NCBI RefSeq assembly: GCF_021028975.2
Contig: NC_059427.1
Coordinates: 8,494,001 to 8,558,000 of the forward strand
DNA: 64,000 bases
Direction: 5' to 3'
Source: Sphaerodactylus townsendi
Taxonomy: Eukaryota
Below the pieces are notes generated by a model. That model was not told the origin of the DNA, did not search any database, and saw only the letters and a program-made list of their open reading frames with translations. The translations under genes and the position numbers were made by a program. Positions within the stretch are counted from its first letter, which is position 1, and every line of letters starts with the position of its first letter. Of the stretch, positions 42,028 through 54,286 are shown in pieces.

Positions 42028-42178
42028 GGTCCCTTCCGCACACGCAGAATACTGCACTGTCAACCCACTTTCACAATTGTTTGCAAGTGGGCTTTGCTAT
42101 TCCGCACAGTAAAATCCAGCTGCAAAGTGCATTGAAAGTGGATTGAAAGTGCATTACCCTGCATGTGCAGAAGGGGCC
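42028..42178. mobile_element. PIF/Harbinger-like MITE
   Basis: TIR ggtcccttccgcaca / tgtgcagaaggggcc; TTA TSD. Confidence 0.78.
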
Positions 42179-42299
42179 TTAGTTTTGCTAAACTTGCATC
42201 GGTTGGAACATCTCAAGACTCGGGTAGAATTCTTGGAGTACTTCATCAGCACACCCCCTCCCACTTTAAAGCTAATTCTTAACCATTTAAAGGGTTAAA

Positions 42300-42660
42300 A
42301 CGAAAGAGAGACGTGTCTCCTAGACAGACCAGTCAGAACGAAGGGTGGGGGGTGCGTATTGAAACTGTTGAGGCTGGTTTTCCTGTTTGGAGGAGAAGGT
42401 TTATTTTGTGCAATTTTTGCGAGGCGAAGGAAGAGTGCTGGTGTGCATGTGAGTTGTGGGGGGGTATATTCGGGGTACATAGCAGGAACCACAGCACGTG
42501 GGCGCGGGAGGGGAGGACCCCCCCAGCTTCTTCCCTCATTCCTTACTCCTTGCTTCTCCCGTGAGGTCCCCTCCCACTCAATGCGTTCCGCATCGGGGAA
42601 AGTATTCTTTCTCTCCGTTCTAAGATACAACATTGTGGTCACTGAATCAAGCGGCTTGGG
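42300..42660 (+). promoter_or_regulatory. CpG-enriched putative promoter of gene D
   Basis: Local CpG cluster, CACGTG E-box and GC-rich run at ~42496-42515, about 1.2 kb upstream of the SCAN exon. Confidence 0.35.
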
Positions 42661-43767
42661 AGATTTGCAATCTACCTCCAAAAATTCAGAGTTAGTTTTT
42701 CATCTTTTTGCACTGCCGGGGCTGAAATGTATCTCACATGGAGCACTCTAAACAGATAACTGTCATGGGAGCTAAGAATGGAACTTCCAGGTGCAGGAGC
42801 AGTGTATCTTTTGTAACTCAGTTAAGAAGACAATGCCTAAAGGGTGTCCACTAGTTTGGGGATTAGGGGAGGTGGTACAACAGATGCTGTGCCTAGAGAG
42901 AAAACAGACAATCCTCTGATTTTTCTGGCTTTAAAAGTTTCTTTTAAAGTGGCTCAAGATCACCCAGCAAACTTCCATGGCTGGGTGGGGATTCGAACCT
43001 GGTTCTCCCAGACCACAGTCTGATGCTCTAACCACTGCAAACCAACAGTTCTGGGATTTTAATTAATTTATTTATTTGGCAACCCTGTAAGGTTTTAAAG
43101 GCAAGAGGCATTCGGAGGTGGTTTGCCAGTTCCTGGTTTCTTGTTAGGACCCTGGTATTCCTTGGAGTTCTCCCATCCAAATACTTGCCAGGGTCAGGGC
43201 TGAGAGTGTATGATTGTCTCAAGGTCACCCAGCAAGCTTCCACTGCATGAGTGAGGATTTGAACCTGCGTTTTCCAGATCTTAGTCCAATACCTTAACCA
43301 CTACACCACGCTTGCTCTGGGATACACAGTCCAAAAAGGGGAAACAGAAAGGTGGGGACATCTCCAAACAGCTACCAGCTCTGGACACCTAACTATAGTA
43401 AATGTTTCTTTTAAGAAGAACTTTATGGAGCTGTAGAGACTGGCTGATGTATTCTGGCCTAAACATGTGTGACTTGACCTCTTGTCAGAACCCAGAGGCC
43501 AAGGCAGTCAACCCTAGTATTTGGACAGGAGACCTCTAAGGAATACCAGGGCCATGATGCAGAGGGGCAGGCAATGGCTAAACCATTTCTGTGTGTCTCT
43601 TGTCTTGGAAACCTTATGCAACTTGATTGCACTTGACACTCACATTTGCAGAAGAGTAACATTAAACAGATTAAAGTATGTGGCTTGTGTCTATTCTCCT
43701 GTTTAGATGACTGTCCAGTGTTCCGGAGTTTTCTGTTGTGTGATGTCATCTTTGTGAGATCATCTGC

Positions 43768-44549
43768 ATGAAAGACAAAACGGGTCCGACGCAACAGGAG
43801 GCCTTAAAAGTAACTGGAAAGGGAATTTGTAATCTCCTGATACGTTGAGGACTCGGCACAGCTTTGGAAGGAGGCAGACATCCCCCTGAAGCAATGTGGT
43901 GTGGAATGCGGTGGAGGATGCCTCTGCAGAGCATCTGCACCAGATAGGGAGGGCAGAGGAGGGTTTGGCTGAGCGATGGGAAGCCCGATGGCAGGAATTC
44001 CTTGGAACTGGAGAGTCGCCTCACTCCAGCTGGGCAGTCCCACAACTGCCAGAGAAGTCCACCCCATGGGATGACGCCAAGGCCTTCCTGGCCTCCTTTG
44101 AGCAAGTGGCGGAAGCCTGTCAGTGGCCCCAGGAAGAGTGGGTGACCCGACTCCGGCCAGCCCTCAGTGGAGAAGTTGAACTGGCCTTTTTCAGCCTGGA
44201 GGCCCGAGACAGAGAGAACTATGGAAAGGTGAAGGCAGCTGTCTTGCAAGGGGATGCCATCTTCAGAGAAGCTGCGTCGATAGCTAGGTGTTTCTGCTAC
44301 CGGGAGGCTGAGGGGCCACGGGGGACGTACAGCCAGCTCCAGGAGCTTTGCTGTCGGTGGCTGAAGGTTGAGCAGCCCTCCAAGGAGCAGATCCTGGAAC
44401 TCTTGATCCTGGAGCGGTTCCTGACTGTCCTCCCACCAGAGATCCAGAGGTGGGTCAGGGAATGTGGCCCGGACACATGCTCCCAGGCAGTGGCCCTAGC
44501 CGAGGAGTTCCTGGTGAGACGGCTGCAGCCAGTGAGACAGGAAAAGCAG
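43768..44549 (+). CDS. Gene D exon 1: extended SCAN; 5' part frameshifted as assembled
   Basis: ORF 43896-44594 has [24 protein letters not shown] and [18 protein letters not shown]; donor cag|gtggga; candidate ATG at 43768. Confidence 0.8.
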
Positions 44550-44796
44550 GTGGGAGTGTTTTTATTGCACTGTTCTTGGCAACTTGTGGCTTGAATGGGT
44601 GCTGGGGGTGGATCAGGCAAGATCTTTTGGTTGCCTAAGTAATGTATACCTATTGCCTTTTCCTGTGCTGCTGCCATCTGGAACCATGCAAGAAAAGGGG
44701 GTATTGGCCATCTCTTCCTTTGGTGAGCTAATACTCCAGAGGACAGGGTATAAATTCAAAATGACCTGGATAGATTAGAGAGCTGGGCCAAAACTA

Positions 44797-45001
44797 TATT
44801 CTTTCCCACTGAAAGATCTCAGGAGATGTGTGAATTGATCTGCCATTGCCTGGACCATCTATGTTCTAGAATGCTCCTCTTGGGTCCCAGTTCCTTGGGG
44901 ACAAACTAGGTAAGCACTGGGACCCAAGTGGAGCACTCTAGAACATAGATGGTTCAGGAAAAATTAAAAAATCTCCTGAGATCTTTCGGTGGGATAGAGT
45001 A
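44797..45001. mobile_element. Foldback Tc1/mariner-type MITE inserted at TA in the CR1
   Basis: Long imperfect inverted arms, TA duplication; removal restores CR1 codons ACT-AAC. Confidence 0.8.
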
Positions 45002-45215
45002 TAACAAAATGGATTTCAACAGGGAGAAATGTAAGGTACTGAACCTAGGCAGAAAAAAATGAAATACACAGATATAATATAGGCGACACCTGGCTTGACA
45101 GCAGTACATGTAAAAGGGATCTGGGAATCTTAACCACAAGCTGAACATGTGTTGGCAGTGTGGTGTGGCAGCTAAGAAATAATCGCGATTCTAGATACCT
45201 CAATGGGAGTATAGT

Positions 45216-45354
45216 CAGTGGTGGGATTCAACGGAGTTCGCACCACCGGCCAAAATTTCCGGTTGTTAAAATGGTGCTTGTAAACAATCAGTTGTTAAAT
45301 TATTTGAATCTCACCACCGGAACCGGTTGTTAACTTTTTTGAATCCCACCACTG
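45216..45354. mobile_element. hAT MITE, 139 bp, inserted in the CR1
   Basis: Perfect TIR cagtggtgggattcaa / ttgaatcccaccactg; exact 8-bp TSD AGTATAGT. Confidence 0.92.
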
Positions 45355-46124
45355 AGTATAGTGTCTAGCTCAAGGGAAGTAATAGTACTACTGTAGTCTG
45401 CGTTTGTCACCCTCACTTGGACACCACAGTTTGAAAAGGATATTGACAAGCTGGAACAAGTCCAGAGGAGGGCGACCAAAATGGTAAAAAGTCTGGAATC
45501 CATCGCCTGTGAGGAGACACTTAGGAAGCTGGGTATGTTTAGTCTGCAGGAGAGTTAAGGGATGGCATGATACCCATGTGTAAATATTTGAAGGGATGTC
45601 ACGTTGAAGAGGGAGCAAGCTTGTTTTCTGCTGCTCCAGAGACTAGGACAAGGAGTAATGGATTCATACTACAGGAATAGAAATTCCACCTAAACGTTAG
45701 GAAGAGCTTTCTGATGGTAAGGGCTGTTTGACAGTGGAATGCTCCCTCAGAGTGTGATGGAGTCTTCTTCTTTTGAGGTTTTTAAACAAAGGCTGGATGG
45801 CCATCTGTCAGGAGTGCTTTGACTGTGTGTTCCTGCAGGGGGGGGGTGGGGGGTTGGTCTGGATGGCCCTTAGGGTCTGTTCCAACTCTATGATTCTATG
45901 AGCACTTTCTGAGTGCTGGCATCCTCCTCACCATGCCCCCCCCCCCCTCAAGACTCACAAGGCTCAGTTACCGTGAAGGGACTGAGATCTCTGACCATGT
46001 AAAGATGGTGGCGGGAAAGAGGGCAATTATATACCATTGTCATCCCTGTAACACGATGTTCCCCAAGACCTCCAAAAGGGCAGTGCTTCTCTAACCTTCT
46101 CCCCTGTAAGAGGAAGAGAAGAGC

Positions 46125-46820
46125 AGCGCTTGTGGCTCAGTGGTAAAGTATCTGCTTGGCATGCACAAGGTCCCAGGTTTGATCCCCATCTTTTCCTGTG
46201 GAAAAGATAAAGTAGGAACAGTGAAAGGCAGTAGTTCATTTGGGAAAGGATCCATGGCTCAATAGTAGAGCTTCTGCGTGGCATGCAGAAGGTCCCAGTT
46301 TCAATCTCCAGCATCTCCTGGTGAAAGGATGAAGTAGTGCCAGGGCCTAAATGCGCCTAAAGGCAGGTTCATGCAGAGAAGGGATCGTGGCTCAATGGCA
46401 GAACATCTGCTTGGTATGGATAAGGTTCCTGGTTCAATTCCCGTCATTTCCAGTTTGTTTATTTATTTCGTTCGATTTATGACATGCCCTTCGCCGTATC
46501 GACTCAGGGCATCATACAACATGATAAAAATTTAATAAAAAACCAATAGCGTATACATTTTCAGCAATGCGTGTTTCATAAAATCCAAATTAAGAACGGG
46601 TGATCAAATAAGCAATCCCCCAAACTTGTTCACTTGTACTTTAGCCTAGAGGAAAAATGGACAGTGGGAAGGGAAGGAAACAAAAGAACAAGGAAGGGTG
46701 AGGGAGGTAGTTTAATTCTGCAGAAGGCAGGTTCATTGAAAGGTGTCATGGCTCGTGGCAGTCCATGCCCCAATTGTGCAAAAGGTCCCCGGTTCAATCC
46801 CTAGGGTCTCCAGTTGAAAG
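46125..46820 (+). repeat. Four tandem tRNA-Ala-like SINE heads
   Basis: tggctca(g/a)tgg...ttggcatgc...ggttc(a/g)atcccc at ~46130, 46250, 46385 and 46745. Confidence 0.6.
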
Positions 46821-47051
46821 ATGAGGAAGGCCTAGGGTAGGGGTTACAAACTTGGGGCCCTGGGGACCAGATTTGGTCTTTTGAGAGGGCTTGTCATCCC
46901 CATGAGCCAGCTCAGGCAATCCTTGTTCTCAAAGGGGAGGGTTGTCTCAACTGGCTTGCAGGCCTGATAAACCCTTTCAAGCTGAGGTACCAATCCCCAG
47001 TGCCAGTGTGGGCTGAGGAGTCTGCTGGGAGCTTGCCAGCCAAGGCAGCCC

Positions 47052-47102
47052 CCACCCACCACCACCACCACCACCACCACCACCACCACCACCACCACCA
47101 CC
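47052..47102. repeat. (CAC)n microsatellite
   Basis: Direct reading. Confidence 0.97.
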
Positions 47103-47368
47103 GACGGGGCCTAGCCTGACCAAGTCACAATTATGTTATATCAGCCTCATTACAAATGAGTTCAACACACCTGACCTAGGGTTTAACTCAGCCAAAGGGA
47201 AGTTCTTGGGGTATCTTCTGTTGAAAAGACCAACCTAAGGCCCTGGGGAGCCATTGCCAGTCAAAGTAGACAAGACTGATTTTGGTGGACTAAAGATCTG
47301 TCCCTGTATCAGGCAGTTTCATGGGTGTTCATGGGTGTAAGTGACCACATCCCTCTCTGCTGTTGCAG

Positions 47369-47485
47369 GTGCCCTTGGAGGAAACCCTCCTGGTGTAGAG
47401 GCAGGCCAGGATCTATCTGAGAACGAGCGGAGGCAGCCATCGATGATTGTCAAGGAAGAAGAGGATGGAGAGGCCTGCCCACTGG
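47369..47485 (+). CDS. Gene D exon 2 (linker), one indel
   Basis: Acceptor identical to gene B exon 2; VPLEE ... EAGQDLSENE ... KEEEDGEACPLG; gtaagg donor; 117 nt instead of 3n+1. Confidence 0.7.
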
Positions 47486-48122
47486 GTAAGGAGGGAAGAA
47501 TGCATCTGTGTCTCTCCTTCCTGGAAAGATCTAGGCTATGATGCCTTCTCTTTGGGGATTGTCTGTCCTTGCAGTATCCAACAACTGTGGTCTTCTAAGA
47601 AAAAGTGTTGGGATGTAGAAAATAAATGCATAAATCTGTAGTCTATCTTGGGCTGTTTCCACATGGATGTTTCTCTTGTGTTCCTTATAGCAGCTCTTTT
47701 TTTTGCAGAGCAACCATACATGAGAGTCATCTCTGCCCAATTCCATGTGTTTTCCCCAGATTTTGCTTGTTATTTCCTAAACTCTGTTTGGTACAGCCTT
47801 TTTTGGAAAAATTACAATCAAAGGCACCCTGAGAGACCCACCTGTGGGAATGGGAAGATGCACACTTATTCTGCCGCCATTTTTCTTTCCTCATGCCCAT
47901 AGATGCCATTGCTCCTCAACCCCTGTCCAAACTTGTTGCTTGGGCTTTTCAGATTTTTTTAAATTAAAAAAAGCTATAACAGCTAGGTCATGTAGTATAA
48001 TAATGCACTGCCTCAATGTACTGAGTCTCATTTTTTTAAAATAAAGTATTTAGCCCTTTTCATTGCATGTTTATAAGGGGAAAGGTGTGCTCTCCAATCC
48101 AGAGTTTTTCTTATTTCTCCAG

Positions 48123-48323
48123 AAGCCAGAGGTTGGATGACCACTGAGGATGGAGAGGAATATGCGCCAAAAGATTACAGATCAGTAGAATCAGGTGGAA
48201 TGTCAATGTGGAAAGTAGAAAAGAATGTTTCCCAGTGTCGTGAGCAGGAAAATGTTCCTGCTTTTTGTGGGGACATTTACAATATCGTCTTTGAAACCAC
48301 AGTCCAAACAGGAGTTGAAGCTG
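48123..48323 (+). CDS. Gene D spacer exon
   Basis: ttatttctccag acceptor, ctg|gtaaga donor; 201 nt open, phase 1/1; paralogous to 35070-35336. Confidence 0.65.
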
Positions 48324-48464
48324 GTAAGACACGTAACAGTAAAGCATATGAAATCTCTTTAGGATGCTTAGAAATTATTGAAGCTACCAGCAACAGAAAT
48401 CCAGTTATTATCTGTGGTTGGAAACACTAGGAATCTCTGATTTTTGTTCTTCTTCCTGTAGCAG

Positions 48465-48566
48465 GATCTTTGATCCTCAAAAGATGATGTCCTCTCTTGG
48501 TTGAAAGAAAGGAAAGATCCATTTGTTCTGGGTTCTAGGGGAGGAGAGAGAGACAGAAGTATTGGT
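48465..48566 (+). pseudogene. Degenerate KRAB-B-like exon
   Basis: tagcag acceptor; GSLILK/DDVLSWLKERKDPFVLGS (one frameshift) resembles KRAB-B (KPDLISWLEEGEDPFV); gtgagt donor. Confidence 0.45.
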
Positions 48567-48613
48567 GTGAGTGTGGAGCTTGACACTGTTATCTTGTGAG
48601 TGCCTGCCTACTT

Positions 48614-49592
48614 GAACATAAGAACATAGAGCAACCAGCTGGATCAGGCCAGAATCCATCTAGTCCAGCTCTCTGCTACTCGCAGTGGCCCACCAGGTGC
48701 CTTTGGGAGCTCACATGTAGGATGTGAACGCAATGGCCTTCTGCGGCTGTTGCTCCCGATCACCTGGTCTGTTGAGGCATTTGCAATCTCAGATCAAGGA
48801 GGATTAAGATTGGTAGCCATAAATCGACTTCTCCTCCATAAATCTGTCCAAGCCCCTTTTAAAGCTATCCAGGTTAGTGGCCATCACACCACCTCCTGTG
48901 GCAGCATATTCCAAACACCAATCACACGTTGCGTGAAGAAGTGTTTCCTTTTATTAGTTCTAATTCTTCCCAGCATTTTCAATGTATGCCCCTGGTTCTA
49001 GTATTGTGAAGAGAAAATGTCTCTCTGTCAACATTTTCTACCCCATGCATAATTTTATAGACTTCAATCATATCCCCCCTCAGCCACCTCCTCTCCAAAC
49101 TAAAGAGTCCCAAACGCTGCAGCCTCTCCTCATAGGGAAGGTGCTCCAGTCCCTCAATCATCCTTGTTGCCCTTCTCTGCACTTTTTCTATCTCCTCAAT
49201 ATCCTTTTTGAGATCGTGACCAGAACTGGACACAGTACTCCAAAGTCTTGAGTCGCACCACTGCTTTATATAAGGGCATGACAATCTTTGCAGTTTTATT
49301 ATCAATTCCTTTTCTAATGATCCCCAGCATAGAGTTTGCCTTTTTCACAGCTGCCATGCATTGAGTTGACATTCCCACGGAACTATCGCTAAGGCAGCCC
49401 AAAATCCCTTTCCTGGTCTGTGACTGGTAGCACTGACCCCTGTAGCGTGTATGTGAAGTTTGGATTTTTTGCCCCTATGTGCATCACTTTACATTTTGCT
49501 ACATTGAACTGCATTTGCCATTTCTGAGCCCACTCATCTAATTTATCAAGGTCCGCTTGGAGCTCTTCGCAATCCTTTGTGGTTCTCACCAC
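48614..49592 (-). mobile_element. CR1 3' fragment, young family
   Basis: Reverse-complement near-identity with 5110-6090; ORFs 49389-49673, 49196-49402 and 48979-49305. Confidence 0.95.
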
Positions 49593-50348
49593 TTGGAGAA
49601 CGATTGATTGAAGGCAGAGATGGTTTTGTGCCACCTTACATGCTTTGTGAATTAGCCTGGTGGTAGCAAGCAATATCTGTGAAATGTGACAGCTTTCTTT
49701 TTCCTAGGTTTTCTTTTGTCAGGATTGGGGGGTGGGGTGTTCTGGACAGTTTAGACACTTTGAGTCCACGATGAGAGGGGAGAGAAGTGATTTAGAAGCA
49801 CTCAAAATAAACCCATGTGTAGGAATAAGGAAACTGCCTCTCCCAGTATGCCCCCCAAAGAGCATTGCACTTTGCAAATAACAACTTGCAGGTAATCCCT
49901 GCCCTCAACCAGAGTCAGGCCTGGCCTGGTGGGATGCTGAGGAATGCTCCAGCAAGACCAAGGCCCTGTGGAATTTATCTCAGTTCCCCAGGGCCTGTTA
50001 AGATGGAGCCATTCCACAAGGCCTATGGTTGAAGGCAGCAATAGTTTTATCCATCTTGGCTGGCCTCTCTCCCACCCCTTTTGCTCTGGTTTTATTGTTT
50101 GTGGGTTCTGTTTAATGTGGGTATACTAGAAGGGTACTGTAATTTTAATTTATTCTTTCATGGGATATTGTTTTAGGAGCTACTCCTGAATTGCTGCTCT
50201 TATCTTTATTTTATTGGAACTAATGTTGCTGATGTCAGCTGCTCTGAGCCTGTCGTAACAGGGGAGAGTGGGTTAAAAATCCAATAAATAAATAAAATGA
50301 AGCTTCCCTTTAAGAAATCCACCTGGCTCCATCACTGTAGTGGTTTTG

Positions 50349-50632
50349 GAAGAAGAAGAAGCATTTGGATTTATATCCTGCTTTTCTCTCTGGTCAAGAA
50401 TCTCAAAGTAGCTTACAAACTCCCTCTCCCCACAACAGATAGGTGAGGCCCAGAGAGAGTTCTGAAGAACTGTGGCTAGCCCATGGTCACCCAGCGGGCT
50501 TCTACATGTATAGAGATGGGGAAACAAAGCTGGTTCACCAGATTAGAATCTCCTTCACATGTATAGGAGTGAGAAATCAAACCCAGTTCTCCAGATTAGA
50601 GTCTGCTGCTCTTAATCACTATACCACACTGG
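50349..50632 (-). mobile_element. Squam3-like SINE
   Basis: Reverse-complement match to 461-743. Confidence 0.75.
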
Positions 50633-50702
50633 CTGAAAGGGAGTGAAAACCTTTCATCTGGCCACTAATAGTTAAGTTTGCTCTTTTTGGTTTGCTCTGG
50701 CC

Positions 50703-50806
50703 CAGGGGTAGGGAACCTGCGGCTCTCCAGATGTTCAGGAACTACAATTCCCATCAGGGAATTGTAGTTCCTGAACATCTGGAGAGCCGCAGGTTCCCTA
50801 CCCCTG
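50703..50806. mobile_element. Perfectly palindromic hAT MITE, 104 bp
   Basis: 50-bp perfect arms with a 4-nt loop ATCA; exact 8-bp TSD CTCTGGCC. Confidence 0.93.
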
Positions 50807-50921
50807 CTCTGGCCTGTTCTTTTTCTACTACTATTTATTTATATTCTTTTTATTTCTTTATTATTGGTGTTTTATTTTCTTTATTTGGAACTTGTACAGA
50901 GTAGCTCATAAATCTCAGAAA

Positions 50922-51235
50922 TAGAATCATAGAGTTGGAAGAGACCCCAAGAGCCATCAAGTCCAACCCCCTGCAATGCAGGAACACATAAGCAAAGCAC
51001 TCCTAACAGATGGCCATCCAGCTTCTCCTTAAAAACCTCTGAGGTAGTGCATTCCACTGTCAAACAGCCCTTACTGTCAGGAAGTTTTTCCTGATGTTTG
51101 GGTGGAATCTCTTTTTCTTCACCTTGAACCCATTATTCCTGGTCCTAGTCTCTGGAGCAGCAGAAAACAAGCTTGCTCACCAACATTCAGATATTTAAAC
51201 AGGGCTATGATGTCACCTCTTAACCTTCTCTTCAC
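50922..51235 (-). mobile_element. CR1 3' fragment (older family, as 44725-45901)
   Basis: Begins tagaatcatagagttggaa; reverse-complement match to 45540-45900. Confidence 0.85.
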
Positions 51236-51441
51236 CGAGATAATAATTTAGTTTTTAAAAATTTAGTTAAAAAAAAATAACAAGGCATAATTTGAAGAAT
51301 ATTTACAGGTTTCCAAGTTGCTGTGGCAGAAATGGGGGTTCAAACTTGATAGAGCTTAGTGTTAGTGGTGTGGAAAGATAATAGGTTTTTTTTTCTCCCT
51401 ACTCACCATTGGGTAGCATTTAATTCTCTCTGTTTCTGAAG

Positions 51442-52298
51442 GTGATGAGCAACTGAATGAGAACAAGGGAGAAAAATGCAACAATTTGTCTGAAGGAGCC
51501 CTGTGTCAAGCATCAAAAGAGACCGTTCACATTCCAGGTGGATCAAAATGGCAGGTGGAACACCAAGCCAAGACCGAGAGGAATGCCTGTGTTGTTTCTC
51601 GGGAAGTAGAGTATCTTGAAGCCCCTGTCAAACAAGAAACCCAATCAGAAAGGAGAAGGAACATGTCCCACGATGTTTGGTGGAGGATCAACATGGAGGA
51701 GAAACACAATAAAAGCATGAAGTTTGGGAAGAGCTTCAACCCGAGCAGAAATGCTACAAAGCTCCAGAGACTGCACAGAGGGGAGATGCCATATAAGTGC
51801 TTGGAGTGTGGAAAGAGCTTCAACTATAGGGGAAGCCTCACTTCCCATCAGAGAATCCACAAAGGAGAGAAACTTTACACTTGCTCAGACTGTAACAAGA
51901 CCTTTTTCCGTAAATCCATCCTGAACTTACACTTGCGAATGCACGCGGGGCAGAAGCCGTACAGCTGCTCCGACTGTGGCCTGACCCTGAGCGCTCAGTC
52001 AAGCCTTGTTAGACATCAGAGAATCCACACCAGGGAGAAACCCTATCACTGCTCAGAGTGTAGGAAGAGCTTCAGCCAGAGTTCAGACCTCATTAGGCAC
52101 CAGAGAATCCACACTGGGGATAAGCCGTACAAATGCTTTGAATGTGGGAAGAGCTTCAGTCGGAGCACAGGCCTTACTTCGCATCAGAGAATCCACACGG
52201 GTGAGAGGCCATACCAATGCTTGGACTGTGGCAAAGGCTTTTACCAAAAATCAAATCTTACTCAGCATAAGAGGATTCATGGGGGAGAAGCAGTGTAA
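51442..52298 (+). CDS. Gene D terminal exon: 6 intact C2H2 fingers
   Basis: ttctgaag acceptor in phase 1, open through ORF 51486-52298. Confidence 0.9.
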
Positions 52299-52854
52299 AA
52301 TACCCAAATGTCCAATTTCCTATCAAAGAATCTGCACACAGCAGAAGTCATGTGTAAATACTTGGTGTATGAGAAAGGACTTCTCTAAGACCACATCACA
52401 TGGGAGAAATTCTAGAGCTGAACTGTTTTCCAGACCCAGAACAATCATGGCTGCTTTTTCTATTTTTATTTAATTGGATTAGAAACGTACAACCCTGTCC
52501 CCTAATCAGATAAAATACAAAAGTACCGGTAAAATTCTTGCAATGGATGACATATTTGATGACAAATATATCGTGTGTTCAAGGTTTTCAGATCTTTTTT
52601 AAAAAGAACAATTACAGACTGTCAAGGGACTGACTGGCCAAATGACCATGTGGATTTCTACCAATTTTGCTTTCTCGTACTTCTTTGAAACATACCGTTC
52701 TGTCATAAAGGGAAGGAAAGCAGTGTTAACCAATCTGTGCAGTGGTTTCATTACATATTATTACAGAACATGAAACCACAACACCACTTGGGTCACAGCA
52801 AAAACATTTGGGGTAAATCTGGCATGTATTTTGAGTTGTGGGGGATAGATTGGT

Positions 52855-53131
52855 AGATAGACACCTTTGCAAGCATTGGATCATTACTGACCCATGGGGT
52901 GACTTCACATGGCAATGTTTATTAGACAGACTGTATTTATAGGGTGCCTTCCCCAGTTGTTTACATTATACCTACAACAAGCTGGGTACTCATTTTACCA
53001 ACCTTGAAAGGATGGAAGGCTGAGTCAACCTTGAGCTGGCTACCTGAAACCGACTTTCATCAGGATCAAACTCAGGTTGTGAGCAGAGCTTTGACTACAG
53101 AACTGCAGCTTACCACCCTGTGCCAAGGGGC
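52855..53131 (-). mobile_element. Sauria SINE
   Basis: Diagnostic agctgggtactcattttacc...gaaaggatggaaggctgagtcaacct segment. Confidence 0.75.
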
Positions 53132-54286
53132 ATGGCACACGACAGAAATTTATAAAATTATGCACAGTGTGGAGACGAGGAGAAAGAGAACATTCCCTTC
53201 TCTTCTCCAAACACCAGAACTTGGGGGGCATCTGCTGAATCTGATGGTTCAGGATAAGCAAAAACAAAAAAGTGTATTCTTGATTATGTAATTGCGACCT
53301 AATTATCCTGCTACAGGATCTATTGATGGTTTTAAGAAGGGTTCAGTCAAATTTGTGGAAGAGATCCACCAGTGGCTGGTGCTAATTATGATGCCTAAAG
53401 GGAACTTTTGTGAAGAGCCTCTGAATTTTGCTTTCTGATAGGTAACAGTAGGATTTGCTCATAGGAACATTTGGGAGGGTGGGACGGGAATCACAGTGGA
53501 ACAAGTCCAGACAAGAGCGACCAAAGCTGATATTGTTTGTGCATCCATTGTTTAAGACGTCCAACTGAGACACAATTTTTAAAAAATAGTTTTTCATGTG
53601 TATGTAGTTTTGTTTTGGGAGTAAACATGTTATACTCATTACATGCATTTTCACAAAAAGGTTTGATTGTGTTCTTGCATATACTTGGATATACTTAACA
53701 TTGAGCAAAGGAATTAATCTTTCTTTGTGCAACAGGGGAAATCAAACAGTTATCCACCTGGCAGATTTTCAGGCATTTTGTAAACCAGTACATTAGAAAG
53801 GTCATGTTTAACTTACTATAAAAAGGAAACTGTGGCTTTCTCTTGTAATTCCTCTTTCCGGTATAATGGTTAATGATAGGACATTTTGGAAGTCAATAGT
53901 CTCAGCTAAATCAGAAATGAGTTGACAGCACATAGCTCATATGCGTTGGCCTCCTACACTCCAGAGAGACTTCACTTTAGCACTTGACCTACTTCTTAGT
54001 TGCTTATCTATACTTGGTGGGTATTTTTGGCTTTGCCTGTGTTAACAGCAGTGTAAACATTTTTCTTAGGAACTAGCAAAATTTGTTTGCATGTTCCTGC
54101 TCAGTGTAGTTGATGTCCTGAGGACTAGTAACTTGGAATCATCTACTACAAATTATGTCCACCAGCAGTTTCACAGTGACCAGAGTTAGAACATCCTACC
54201 AATTAAAGATAATTCTGCTGATTTTAGTTGTTTTTAATTTCCATAGTTTTAACATAATGGTTACCTATTGGTAATGCATCTAATTT

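Larger units (their letters stand above)
44725..45901 (+). mobile_element. Older CR1 3' fragment carrying two nested MITEs
   Basis: NDLDRLESWAKT/NKMDFNREKCKVL ... DIDKLEQVQRRATKMV; ends ttccaactctatgattctatg. Confidence 0.85.

Noticed and set aside
46125-46450. Genuine tRNA-Ala genes
   Set aside because: Degenerate stems and flanks typical of SINE heads.
46844-47101. Poly-Val ORF (also poly-Ile at 23343-23761 and HT repeat at 35084-35479)
   Set aside because: Translations of microsatellites.
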